DNA from: Octopus vulgaris
Lineage: Eukaryota
Assembly (NCBI GenBank): GCA_951406725.2
Contig: OX597819.1
Span: 32,302,001-32,366,000, forward strand
DNA: 64,000 nt
Direction of reading: 5' to 3'
Positions 30,519 through 43,879 of the stretch are shown here, in pieces (position 1 is the first letter of the stretch; every line of letters begins with the position of its first letter). The notes under the pieces are model-generated. The model saw nothing but the letters and a program-made list of their open reading frames with translations, made no database searches and was not told where the DNA came from. The translations under genes were made by a program, and so were the position numbers.

Positions 30519-31012
30519 TTTTCAACAGTTCTCAACCCAACAATTCTTATGCGATCACCACTACCACCACCATCACCATCACCATCACCAACACCAGAGA
30601 TAACGATCTACATACCTCCATAACCCTTTTCACTCCTCGTAAAAAAATGTAGATACAGTATAAAGAACGAAAACACGATGGGCATTGATCACACAACTGC
30701 ATTGGTGCGCGCCTCCAGACATCCTAGAGCCTCGCTAAAAAGCTATTTTTCATGTGCATGGCATCATATCGATTTTTCTTGTAATTGTGTGTGTATGTGT
30801 GTGTGTGTGCGTGTGCGTGCGTGTGTGTGTGTGTGTGTATGCTCGTATGTGTGTGTATGAATGAGTGCATATGTGTGTGTATAGTGGTATGAATATATTT
30901 ATGAATAAGTATGCAGTTATGGATATAGATGATAATATATATGTACATACACACATATGTGTGTATGTGTGTGTGAGTGTGTACGTGCATATATATGTAT
31001 ATATATTCACAT

Positions 31013-31057
<45 letters not shown>

Positions 31058-31119
31058 CATATATATATACACCTATGGGTATAAATAGGTATATATATAT
31101 ATATATATATACCTATATA

Positions 31120-31495
31120 TGACTGTGTGGTAAGTAGCTTGCTTCCAACCACATAGTTCCGGGTTCATTCCCACTGCATGGCACCTTGGGCAAGTGTCTT
31201 CTACTATAGCCTCGGGCCGATCAAAGTCTTGTGAGTGGATTCAGTAGATAGAAACTGAAAGAGGCCCGTCGTATATATGCATGCGTGTGTATGTTTGTGT
31301 GTCTGTGTTTGTCCCCCCAACATCGCTTGACAACCGATGCTGGTGTGTTTACGTCCCCGTAACTTAGCGGTTCGGCCAAAGACCGATAGAATAAGTACTA
31401 GGCTCATAAAAATAAAGTCCAGGGCTCGATTTGGTGCTCCAGCATGGTCGCAGTCAAATGACTGAAACAGGTAAAAGAGTAAAAGAGTAAAAGTG
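31120..31495 (+). mobile_element. SINE family B
   Basis: Head, body and GTAAAAGA tail repeats. Confidence 0.85.
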
Positions 31496-31516
31496 TAAGT
31501 GTACATGTATCTGTCA

Positions 31517-31589
<73 letters not shown>

Positions 31590-31780
31590 CGATCCCTATT
31601 GATCGTTTTTTTCTTTTGTTTCTTTTCCTTTTCCTTTTTTTCTTCTTCTTCTTTCCCTTTTACGATCCCTTTTGATCGAAAACCTACCCCACCTTTTTTT
31701 TTCTCTCCTCAAAAAAGAAAAGCTCTACTTTGTAATCTGTCCTGTCGGTGTGCAGCCCTATGTGGCTAATAAAGAAACAT
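31590..31780 (+). mobile_element. Probable LINE 3' UTR inserted in (TATC)n
   Basis: End CAGCCCTATGTGGCTAATAAAG resembles CAGCCCTGGCGGGCAATAAAG at about 15877-15897; TATC runs on both sides. Confidence 0.45.
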
Positions 31781-31856
31781 ATCTATCTATCTATCTATCT
31801 CTTCCTCCTCTCACTCCCTCTCTCTCCCTCTCTCCCCCCTCTCTCTCCCTACTCTG

Positions 31857-31907
<51 letters not shown>

Positions 31908-32381
31908 ACCACATATATATTTAGCTATATATTCATTTTATCGTAAAATGAAAAGTATTATAGGCTTTGGTTCATGAAGGTTTACAGTCTGATTGTTACA
32001 ATTATTGACAATATCGTACGTATATTTACAGTTTAGAATAGATACACTTTGCTTTCACCATTGCTCTTTGTCGTTTTGCAACTGAAGTGCATGACCTCCT
32101 ATGCTTAAATAATGGGTAAATATGTGCTGCACCCGGCATTTGTATCTGAATGGATATGTGGTGCATGTATGAATCTATATTTTTTTATGCTTTTAATAGT
32201 TACACCGAGTAGACTGAGACTAAGTGGAGGTACTACGTTTGGTCGGTCATATCACCGCAGTACTTATTTTCGGGTGCATAATCTATCGATCTATTTGCAG
32301 CAGCGCTAGGTAGCAGTAGTGAAATATGATTATGACTAACTATACCTGTATTTAGACATAAACACAGATAAATACGTGTGT

Positions 32382-32441
<60 letters not shown>

Positions 32442-32693
32442 TTACGAGTGTGTGTGTCTGTGTTTGTTCTGCAGCTATCGCTTGACAACCTATGGTCGTA
32501 TGTTTATGTTCTCGCAACTTAGCGGTTCGGCTAAAGAAAGCGATAGAATACGACAAAGAATAAGTTCTGGGGTTGATTTCTTCGACTTAATAACAAATTA
32601 AAGAGGTGTTCTAGCATGGCCACAGTGAAATGACTGAAACAAGTAAAAGAATACATACATATATATGTGTGCGAGTCTGTGTGTATGTATGTA

Positions 32694-32769
<76 letters not shown>

Positions 32770-32958
32770 TTTATGTATGCATGCATATACATACGTACAT
32801 ACAAATATTTAAAGATGGAGATGAATTTGGAAGTATCTCTTAAGGACATCAACTTACTTATACGTAAGGAATATATTACATATATATATGTATGTATATA
32901 CATAATACAAAGTATGTATATATATATATAAATATATAGATGTATGTATATACATACA

Positions 32959-32994
<36 letters not shown>

Positions 32995-32999
32995 TATAT

Positions 33000-33232
33000 A
33001 TTTCTTTACTACCCACAAGGGGCTAAATACAGAGGGGACAAACAAGGACAGACAAAGGGATTAAGTCGACTACATCGACCCCAGTGCGTAACTGGTACTT
33101 AATTTATCGACCCCGAAAGGATGAAAGGCAAAGTCGACCTCGGCGGAATTTGAACTCGGAACGTAACGACAGACGAAATACGGCTACGAATTTCGCCCGG
33201 CGTGCTAACGTTTCTACCAGCTCGCCGCCTTA
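33000..33232 (-). mobile_element. SINE family A
   Basis: Near-consensus reverse complement. Confidence 0.85.
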
Positions 33233-33279
33233 ATATATATATATCTTGATTCTTCCGTCGAAGACGACATATGAGCGCT

Positions 33280-33531
33280 CCGCTTTTGCCGAAATATCTG
33301 CACAAATGATCTCTTTATAGTGATCAAGTCTTGGTGCCGCACATTATCTAACTCTCTCCATCAAATCGACGTTGCCTGAACAGTTGCACTGTTTTCCACG
33401 TGTCCGGTGTTGAAGTGATCACAGAGTAACATCAAATGAAGTCTTTTGCTCAAGAACACAACGCACCGCCCGCTCTAAGAACTGAACCCACGATCTAGCG
33501 ACCGTCAGAGTTCAACACACGAACCACTAGA

Positions 33532-33535
<4 letters not shown>
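33280..33535 (-). mobile_element. Diverged tRNA-derived SINE, related to 44380-44645
   Basis: Shared AAATCGACGTTGCCTGAACAG and TTTGCTCA.GAACA blocks; tRNA-like head. Confidence 0.6.
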
Positions 33536-33577
<42 letters not shown>

Positions 33578-33578
33578 G

Positions 33579-33671
<93 letters not shown>

Positions 33672-33674
33672 ATA

Positions 33675-33916
33675 TGGAGGCGCAATGGCCCAGTGGTTAG
33701 GGCAGCGGACTCGCGGTTTCGGTTCCCAGACAGGGCGCTGTGAGCGTTTATTGAGCGAAAACACCTAAAAGCTCCACGATGATCCGGCAGGGGGTGGTGA
33801 TCCCTGCTGTACTTTTTCGCGGTGGCGTCATTCGAAGGCTAAAACAATGCGAACGCATTGTGACCAGCGATGTGTAGCAACATCTGATGGTCTGGTCGGT
33901 CACGTGATCACGTGAT
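33675..33916 (+). mobile_element. SINE with family D-like head and CACGTGAT-repeat tail
   Basis: GGAGGCGCAATGGCCCAGTGGTTAGGGCAGCGGACTCGCGG head; ends CACGTGATCACGTGAT. Confidence 0.7.
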
Positions 33917-33929
33917 ATATATGTATATT

Positions 33930-34960
33930 AATCTCACCATTCCACCAGTGTATAAGAGAAAACTGGAAAAGGTACCTAGCCGATTGCTTTATCATCTGGA
34001 ATGAAACCAATATTCAATTCATAATAGAATATAGCAAGGAACAGCTCCCAAATTGCAACTGACATCTACTACAAACCCACAGACTCAAAGCAGTATCTCC
34101 TTTTCAGTTCATGCCAACCTAAACACACTAAAACAAATATCCCATTCAATCCAGCTAAAATGAACTGTACAATTGTATCTGACACAACCGCTTCTCCTAC
34201 AAGACCTCAAAATAACACACATGAATGTCAATAACCACCCGCACTTATAGACCATGGAATTAAACGTGCCAAGAAATTGGACACAAACACACTAAAGACA
34301 ACAAAACAAAACACCAAACCTCACTTTAAATCACTCCCATACATATCAACCCACAACCCCAGAAACAATGAAGCATACAACACAATTATGCGAAATCTCC
34401 CTCTGCTCACTCAAGACCTGAAAATGAACAACATCCTAAATACACCTAAACTCCTCAAATGCAAACGACAACACAAATCCCTCAAGAGACTCCGAACAAA
34501 AGCAGAACTATACTCAATACATACGAAACCAAGTTAAAAAATGCAGACGATCTAATTGTGGTACATACCAATACCTAACTGAAGGCTCGAAATTCACATT
34601 CCAGCAAGGAGAAAAATTCTCAATTAAGACCAACTTCACATGTGCTTCCATATTTTTTCCATTATACTAATGCAAAGATTCAATCTCCTTACAAGAACAC
34701 CTAAACAAGGAAACCTTGTTCATACAAAAGTACTGACCTCATCTTAATACACAAACTTGAACATTTCAAAAATCATACTGAGGAGTTAGTTGTCCCCCGA
34801 GCCACCTGTTGCCTCCCTTGGTCCACCCTCTAGACTCATTCTTATTTTTCAAGCATCCAAAATGGCAAAACCCCTTCGTCACAAGAATTGATTACTTCAC
34901 AATGTCCCTTGAAAAGCTAATTTGAATAGCAAAAACCGGATGGATATCCCGACATCCATA
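33930..34960 (+). pseudogene. Decayed Penelope-like element (Neptune-type): RT C-terminus, Cys linker, GIY-YIG C-terminus
   Basis: NWKRYLADCFIIW, TDIYYKPTDSKQYLLFSSC.PKHTKTNIPF, KCRRSNCGT, NFTCAS, KETLFIQKY.PHLN; decayed hammerhead-like stretch at about 34903-34945. Confidence 0.8.
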
Positions 34961-35054
34961 AAATATGTATATATTTTTTTTTAAATTCTTTATTTCTCTT
35001 CCACCTTTTATATGTTTTCTACATATTTTCAACTCAAACACACGTAAACACACA

Positions 35055-35121
<67 letters not shown>

Positions 35122-35147
35122 GTATACATTTACTTTCTGTCTGCCTG

Positions 35148-35197
<50 letters not shown>

Positions 35198-35261
35198 ATA
35201 TATATCATGATAGATCGTTAGCCACTACATACATTTTTTCTCTCCTTGTTTTTTCTGTGTC

Positions 35262-35299
35262 TCTTTCTGTAGAAGACCGTAGGCTCGAAACGTAAAAGA
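35262..35299 (+). ncRNA. Minimal hammerhead-like motif with variant core (CUGUAGA)
   Basis: Helix I TCTTT/AAAGA; CTGTAGA-A-GACC-GTAG-GCTC-GAAAC-GTA; one core and one helix II deviation. Confidence 0.45.
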
Positions 35300-35619
35300 C
35301 TTTTTCTATTCCTGACCGTTATACTAATACATCTGTTTGTTTTGTACACCACCTGTCTTCGTCTTTTGTTTTTTCGTAAACTCTCCCTATATATATATAT
35401 ATATATATAATTAGACTGATAGACAGAGAGACAGGCAGACAGATAGACAGACAGACAGACAGACAGATAGATATTCAGTGCGTCTATTCAAGTCTGGCGT
35501 TCTTTGCTTTAAAATCTTCTCAGTATCGATTATTTATCAGTTTACTTATCTTCCCATGGATCGATAAAGCAACAATCAAATACTGCTCGATTCGCTTAAT
35601 TATATATTTGAAAGAAGCA

Positions 35620-35766
35620 AGAAAAAACCCCAAATATATATTATATTATATATGTATTTTATGTATGTATAATATACATACATACATACACACATATATA
35701 TATATATACACCTTCCACACACTCATATATGTATATATATATATTCTTATATATATATATCTGTAC

Positions 35767-35835
<69 letters not shown>

Positions 35836-35989
35836 ATATGCATGTATATATGTTCAATATATATTTATTTGTTGTTATCAACTGCTGGTGGTTAATGATG
35901 ATAATAATAATAACAATAACAACAAGAAAAATAATGATATAATTACGAACGTGTGTGTATGTGCGTGTATATTCATATTTCATATACCG

Positions 35990-36065
<76 letters not shown>

Positions 36066-36141
36066 TGTGTGTGTGTGTATAAATATATGTGTGTATATAT
36101 ATATATATATGTATATGTATATATATGTATATATATATATA

Positions 36142-36201
<60 letters not shown>

Positions 36202-36217
36202 TATATATATATATAAT

Positions 36218-36308
<91 letters not shown>

Positions 36309-36400
36309 GTATATATATTAATATATATATATATATACCCAGAAGAAGAGTGTATATGTATGTGTATGGATATGTGTGTGTGTGTGTGTTAAAGGGAGAG
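35620..36400. repeat. Compound (TA)n/(TG)n microsatellite field
   Basis: Read directly; many similar tracts across the window. Confidence 0.95.
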
Positions 36401-36801
36401 AGAGAGAGAGAAAGAGACTGTCAGACAAATAGAGTCACAGACAGACAAACAGGCAGATAGACAGTGTATAAAATATTTAGTTTATATATACTAAGATTCT
36501 CAGCGTTTATATAAATAGTGGTAAAATTTTCGCATCAAAAATGACGGCATTTTAAAAGAAATATGCTAAATTATAAATTAATGAATGCGTAAAGAGAACA
36601 TACAGCTCGCGTATTTGAAAGAGTATTTGTAAAATACTTAATACATAATATATTCATATCATCTCACACTATAGCGTTTACAGTATAACATATATATATA
36701 CGTAACAGTAAACTAACGTTACATTGATTTGATATTAATGAATGTCTGCATAAAATATGCTGCAATCGTCTGGTATTACGATATATATGGGTGCAATGCA
36801 C

Positions 36802-37248
36802 GGATCTTTTCGATTTGAACGGCAGTTTTTAACATAATTTCTAGGTAACTAAAAAATTTTAAACTTCGTATACTGGTAGAATGTGTTTATAAAACATCTT
36901 TTTCTCTTGGCTTTATTGAGAAAATTCTATAGTTTGTAAGATATTTGTTGTTTTTTTTTCTTCAATTTCTGCAATTTCAACCAATCACTGACGTTTATTA
37001 AGGTAAAAAAATATTCTGTGCCGTATGAATATGTCCCTCGTTTAAGAAACAGATTGGGTTTATTTACATTTGTGAAGAAAAAAAAGATACCCTTGCCCCC
37101 ACCCCAACCCTAACCTTAACCCTAACTAACCCTAACCCTAACCCTAAAACAGATTGAAATGCAATAGATTGATACTAGGGTCATAATTATGGGTGACAAT
37201 TTCATATGACACCGTTAGAAAAAACTGCCGTTCAAACCGAAAAGATCC
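36802..37248. mobile_element. MITE with ~29-bp GG-terminated TIRs and 8-bp TSD (Merlin-like), containing (CCCTAA)n
   Basis: GGATCTTTTCGATTTGAACGGCAGTTTTT...AAAAACTGCCGTTCAAACCGAAAAGATCC; CAATGCAC at 36794-36801 and 37249-37256. Confidence 0.85.
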
Positions 37249-37566
37249 CAATGCACATATATTATATATATTTTCAAATATTACCCACAACATTGTACAG
37301 TACATCATATATTTCTGATCGTAACTTATACGTTCCTTCATTGTGTTGTTTTTGCGAGCAAGGACTTAAGAAGTTATTGCTGGTAGTTTTATTTATATAA
37401 ATATAATAACTTCATGTTTCATTAAGGAATTCTATTGCATGATTTTTCCCCCACATTTTTTTTTTCTTGTGAAGAAACTGTTTCCAAACAGATTTTCTTG
37501 ATTATCACTTATTTCTATGGACAAACTCGGAAAAATAATTTTTGTATTACACTTACTCGCACATAC

Positions 37567-37910
37567 GACGAATTGATCCAATGACGGATCGGTCTGGCGA
37601 CTAATTGAACTGGCGATGAATCGACCTAGCGACGAATTGATCTGGCGAAATTTTCACCTGACGATGAATTAACCCGACAACGAATTGACCTGACGATGAA
37701 TCTGCCTGGCGATTAATCGATTTGTTAACGAATAGACCCAGCGACGAATCAACTTGGCGACGGATTGATCTGACGAGGAATTAACCTGATGGCGAATCTA
37801 TCTGGCGACGAATCGATCCAGCGATGAATGGGCCTAATGACGAATCAACCAGGCGACGAATCAACTCGGCGACGAACTGATCTGGGAAATAATAGACCGA
37901 ACGACGGATA
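37567..37910. repeat. Diverged 16-bp minisatellite, about 21 units
   Basis: Approximate consensus GACGAATTGACCTGGC, units in phase. Confidence 0.85.
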
Positions 37911-37964
37911 TGCTATGACACTTGAACTGCAGCGTGTTGACCGGACACAATCCATCTGTGTCTC

Positions 37965-38036
<72 letters not shown>

Positions 38037-38285
38037 TGTGTGTTTGTGTGTGTTTGTGTACAAATTAACATACATATGTGTGTGAATTACGGTGTAATTT
38101 TGAGTTGCTTGTGTTTTAAGTGTGTATTTGTGTATAAGAGTAAATTTGTGTAACCCCAATTGAATTGATATGTTTTAGTTGCGGCTAAACCAATATGATT
38201 TGGAGGTATTTGCATGTTATCACTATCAAAGTCCGTCGCTAACAAAAAACAAAAAAGAACAATTGCGAACTCGCGTGTGCTTATG

Positions 38286-38322
<37 letters not shown>

Positions 38323-38488
38323 TGTATGCCTGCATGTTTATGCATCAGTCCAACTAACTATCCGTGTAAATGATCTAGAAACTTTACAGCGATATGTTAT
38401 GCACTTATGTATACACGTGAACATTCGCGAATATATTATATTTATTTATGCAAATGTATATACGTGTGCTAATGTATGTATTCAACAG

Positions 38489-38751
38489 TAAAAGTGTTTA
38501 TCACAATAAGTCTGTGTATGAAAGCAGTGTTAGAAAATGGTTAAAATCTCCTGAACGAAGACAATTCAAAGATGGAACATTTGAAAGAATGGTGACTGGG
38601 GTGAATGGCTATTATCTCATGCTAGACATATGGTTTTCTTCAGACTTGACAACATATATGTATGTAACTCAATACTTCCTCCTTGGCAACAACGTATTTG
38701 ACCTCACTCCACCTCTTCCTATTTGTCCTAGAATGCCAGCACAGTGGAATG
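38489..38751 (+). CDS. Candidate host exon; end resembles the stem region of beta-1,4-galactosyl/GalNAc transferases
   Basis: Non-repetitive open frame KSVYHNK...TPPLPICPRMPAQWNG; CTAAT then TTCAACAG acceptor; G|GTGAAC donor. Product call rests on one short motif. Confidence 0.35.
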
Positions 38752-39229
38752 GTGAACGGAATTGTTACACACGCACACACAAACTTAAAACATACATACA
38801 GACAGGCACACATAGACACGCGTAGATACATACGTATATCTGGATACATACATATATATATATATATCTGCATACGTACACACATACACAGAGACATACA
38901 TACACACACACACACACATACATACATACATACATACATACATACAAACACATACATACATACATACATACATACATACATACATACATACATACATACA
39001 TACATACATACATACATACATACATACATACATACATACATACATACATACGCACGCAGGTACATAAGTACGTACGTGTGAAGAAGCCTTGTCACTTAGT
39101 GAGCAGCTTGAATCCTGCGAAGTACTTAAAATACAAAGAAAAATATACATACTTGAATACATATGTATGGGTACATTTACACATAAATACCTACGTACAT
39201 ATATATATATAAACATATAATTGTAAATA

Positions 39230-39589
39230 TCGTGGTACTCCGTCAGTTACAACGACGAGGGTTCCAATTGATCCGATCAATGGAACAACCTGCCCTCGAA
39301 ATTAATGTACAAGTGGCTGAGCATTCCACAGACACGTGTACCCTGAACGTAGTTCTCGGGGAGATTCAGCGTGTGACAAGGCTGGCCTCTTTGAAATACA
39401 GGTAGAACAGAAACAGGAAGAATGAGTGAGAGAAAGTTGTGCTGAAAGAGTGCAGCAGGATTCGCCCGCCCCCACCCCTGCTGGAGCCTCGTGGATCTTT
39501 AGGTGTTTTCGCCCGGTCTGGGGAATCGAAACCACGATCCTACAACCGGAAGTCCGCTGCCCTAACCACTGAGCCATTGTGCCTCCACT
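39230..39589 (-). mobile_element. SINE with family D-like head and a different 3' body
   Basis: Minus-strand GTGGAGGCACAATGGCTCAGTGGTTAGGGCAGCGGAC head. Confidence 0.75.
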
Positions 39590-39595
39590 GTATGC

Positions 39596-39680
<85 letters not shown>

Positions 39681-39682
39681 AG

Positions 39683-39714
<32 letters not shown>

Positions 39715-39917
39715 AAATAGAAAGATGAATAATCTTGTAGCAGATTAATCAAAAGTTTAACCGATACCTTGGTAGCAAAAATCACAGCAGAAGACAGCAC
39801 GGTTGGAGGTACAACCATATGGTGTTGCAACCGTGCGTTGGTGCGGATAATTGAATTTTAATATTATTAGTGAATTGAAGAAATGGAGCTGAACGAAGAT
39901 TGAACAGAAATCGTTTT

Positions 39918-40008
39918 ATTTCATTCTACACGTGTTTCGAAAGGCACAATTTACCAAAATCCGATTGAATAATGAGACCATATTGTGTCTTTCTCTTCAG
40001 GAAGAAAT
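39918..40008 (-). ncRNA. Type-I hammerhead ribozyme candidate (inverted copy)
   Basis: Reverse complement of 40252-40342. Confidence 0.72.
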
Positions 40009-40251
40009 AGGAAATCCGTTGGAAAAAACAAAAACAGAACAGAGGCGGAGCAAAACAAATCGAACTAGGCTCCTAAGAGCCCATGGTCAAACTGTTTATC
40101 AGTGTATGTTGAGAACGGGTGGTGGGTGCGTTGAAGATTTTAACGGGTCAGGCAGCGGTCATTCCTGGTTTGACCATGGGCTCTTAGGAGCCTAGTTCGA
40201 TTTGTTTTGCTCCGCCTCTGTTCTGTTTTTATTTCTTCCAACGGATTTCCT

Positions 40252-40342
40252 ATTTCTTCCTGAAGAGAAAGACACAATATGGTCTCATTATTCAATCGGA
40301 TTTTGGTAAATTGTGCCTTTCGAAACACGTGTAGAATGAAAT
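40252..40342 (+). ncRNA. Type-I hammerhead ribozyme candidate
   Basis: Helix I ATTTC-TTC/GAA-T-GAAAT; CTGAAGA 40260-40266; helix II GAAAGACACAAT/ATTGTGCCTTTC; GAAAC 40322-40326; palindromic ACACGTGT; GUA 40331-40333. Confidence 0.75.
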
Positions 40343-40449
40343 AAAACGATTTCTGTTCAATCTTCGTTCAGCTCCATTTCTTCAATTCACTATATATATA
40401 TATACATATATATATATGTATGTATATATATATGTATATATATAAATAA

Positions 40450-40496
<47 letters not shown>

Positions 40497-40579
40497 TATA
40501 TGTATATATATATTATATATATATGTATATATATGTGTATATATATATATCAATGTGTGTGTGTGTGTAAATAGAGACA

Positions 40580-40614
<35 letters not shown>

Positions 40615-40621
40615 TTATCTA

Positions 40622-40702
<81 letters not shown>

Positions 40703-41159
40703 TATATGTGTTACACACATAACTGCCTTGAAAGTTTACAAAGATCTGGTCAGCTATCCTAATTCTTGTAACTGAAAACGCAACCGTCTCCTAGATTATC
40801 TACCTACCCCTTTTGTTTTTGGCGAAGGGATATCCAAATGAGACAGTCTGTCTATACTCCTATTTACTCTGGCATTAAATCCACTGTGGTCTACAAACTT
40901 TATGAAACCCCAATGTAACCCGTACTTTCTTTATTAACACTCATAACATCTATGGTGGGAACAGCTGGATGTAATAACATTTTTTCAGCTAGATGATGAG
41001 CGATAAAATTTGACCCAAAAGAAATGTGGATAGTTGGTATTCGAATACTGTTTTCCGAACGAAAAAAAAAAATTGTTTTAGTATATCCTTTTAGTCACAA
41101 ATCTAAGTATTCTTTTATTCTAAGTATCTAAGTATTCTGTTATTCTAAGTATTCTGTTA

Positions 41160-41403
41160 TTCTTTTTTATTCTTTTATTTGTTTCACTCATTTGACTGCG
41201 GCCATGCTAGAGCACCGCATTTAGTCGAACAAATCGAGTCCAGGCCTTACTCTTTGTAAGCTTTGTACTTATTCTATCGGTTGTTATTGCCGAACCGCTA
41301 AGTTACGGGGACGTAAAGACACCAACATCGGTTATCACGCGAGGGACAAACACAGACAGAAATACATACATACATACATACATACATACATACAAACATA
41401 CAT

Positions 41404-41500
<97 letters not shown>

Positions 41501-42027
41501 TATCAGCCTGTACGGCTGATACTTCGCTTACCACTCGTGATGGTATTTTAATAATACCATCCCTATATTTATATATATATAAATTTTCAGAATGAGATAA
41601 AAATCGAAGGCTGTGGAAGATTTTAGAACATTCTATTTATAAACGTTCTAAAATCTTTCACAGCCCTGGATTTTTATCTCACTCTGAATTTTTTATTATA
41701 TATAAACATGCTGATGTATGACCTACGTTGGACTCCTTATTCGCATAATCACCGAACCTGGAGCTTAACTATAGTCTGTCTATAGCACTTACTCAGCATT
41801 ACCTCATACCTTTGAGTCTTATTGACACCATTACTTCTCATAAACTCTCTCTCTCTCAATATATATATATATACGACGGTCTTCTTTCAGTTTCCGTCCA
41901 CCAAATCTACTCACAAGGCTTTGGTCGGCTCGAGGCTATAGTAGAAGACACTAGCCCAAGGTGCCACGCAGTGGGACTGAACCCGGAACCATTTGATTGG
42001 GAAGCAAGCTACTTACCACATAGCCAC
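41160..42027 (-). mobile_element. SINE family B split by an insertion (about 41505-41850) in its internal microsatellite
   Basis: Tail at 41160-41360, head and body at 41870-42027. Confidence 0.75.
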
Positions 42028-42735
42028 TCTATATATATTTATATAACTGAAATAACACTATGTAGAGATACAATCTACTGCAATAAACTGACAGGTCGCA
42101 ACGAGGCTGAAATGCACATGGCGTCTTCGCTAGCCAATGGTGGGACAATATATGCCTCCCTTGGTAACTGGACGACATTCTTCCTGCTCTCCTGTCGTTC
42201 ACAAAAAATTCTGCGTTTGCAATACTTTTTTCGTTCGGCGTCAACAGCCCTTCTTATTTTGTTTTTCCCTGTCCTGTCTTTTACTGTTATATTTTTTTAC
42301 TGTTTATATTTTTTTACTGTTTATTTTTTTACTGTTTATATTTTTGTACTGTCGTTACTGTCCTGTTTTTTTTTACCATTTTTTACCATTTTTTACCCCT
42401 CTGCGAAAAGATCTCAGAATTTTAATTGATTTGCTTTTCGCAGGAAGGAAAGCATCTTGTCGAAGATACGTCTCGCTTTTATCCTTCGAAACGTAGAGTA
42501 GATGAAACCTTAGCGACTGAAGAAGGGTTTTATTTGTTGTGTTAATTGTCCTGTACTCCATTTTTTGTTGTTTTTCAAACAATGTCCAGTTCCTTTGGTT
42601 TGTGTCTATGTTTTCGTTTCTCTTTGTGTTCGACGTCCCTTTGGTGTCCTGTACTCATATATGCGTGTATATGTACATGTAGAGGTAGGTACGTACATAT
42701 ATGTTTATATATATGCATATGTTTTATTTCATTTA

Positions 42736-42773
<38 letters not shown>

Positions 42774-43784
42774 GTTTTTGAACATTACACGTCTATCTCT
42801 GGACGTAGGTAAGTAGGTAGATTATGTATGTATGTATGTCTGAATGTATGTATGTATGTATGTATGTATGTATGTATGTATGTATGTATGTATGTATGTA
42901 TGTATGTATGTATGTAGGTAGGTAGGTAGGTAGGTAGGTAGGTAGGTAGGTAGGTAGGTAGGTAGGTAGGTAAGTAGGGGAGAGAGGAAAGAGGGAGGGA
43001 AAGAGGAAAGGAAGAAGGTAGACTCTTTAATTCGAAGTTGAAGTTTCCCGCCGCTATCACTATTCACTATCATGAAGATGACTCGATGAAAGTGATAATA
43101 ATTGAAAATTAGAACGTCGAAATCAAGTTTGAACTTCGAATAAGCGAATAAGCTTTATTATATATTTTGAATTCTTTATTCAGTTGTTTATAAAATATAC
43201 AATATATACACTCGCAGAAATAAATGTTGGGACAATGGGAATGTACTCCAACGCCTCGGGAATATGGAGCGCAGGTATCGAAGTGACTACACAGTTCTGA
43301 ATTATTTATTTTTATCAATTTTTTATCACAGTTCACTTGTCTTCACGTCATCATATATAGTCCTATAGAAACAATTTTGAAACATAGAGAAAATGTGTCT
43401 TAATTCACATAGGGCAAGTTAATTCACATACTGGCATTAGTTTGACAACCGTTAAGAAATTTGTAGAAGACTAACGCAGCATGAAACACGTAGTATATTC
43501 CCAAAGTATACATTACTATAGAAATTCTTTATGATTTTCTCCCAATTTTCATGCTAGTTTGGTTTGGCTGACTAGTAATTTCTTAACGCTTGTCAAACTA
43601 ACAACATTATGTAAACTAACTCCTCCTGTGTGAATTAAAACTCATTTCTCTGTGGATATCAGCTATTTCTTGTCGATATGTCGGCGGTGAGTGAAGCGAG
43701 TTCTGACTAGAAGTGAAAATATATTCAAGACTGTACAGTCGAATCAATACTTGTAGATGTCTGCTGCTGGGAAATTCGCACACG

Positions 43785-43863
<79 letters not shown>

Positions 43864-43879
43864 GCACACACACACACAC

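Larger units (their letters stand above)
39712..40392. mobile_element. (TA)n-flanked Penelope-like pLTR cassette with 225-bp inverted arms
   Basis: 39868-40092 and 40168-40392 are reverse complements with two mismatches seen; each has a hammerhead. Confidence 0.7.

Noticed and set aside
37103-37147. Chromosome end or fusion scar
   Set aside because: The short telomeric tract is internal to a TIR/TSD-bounded MITE.
39932-40328. Two near-identical ORFs MFRKAQFTKIRL... on opposite strands
   Set aside because: By-product of the inverted repeat; GTG starts, antisense to the hammerhead motifs.
42450-42530. GAAAC-GTA with upstream stem and a downstream CTGAAGA
   Set aside because: Core elements are not in a consistent order with supporting helices.
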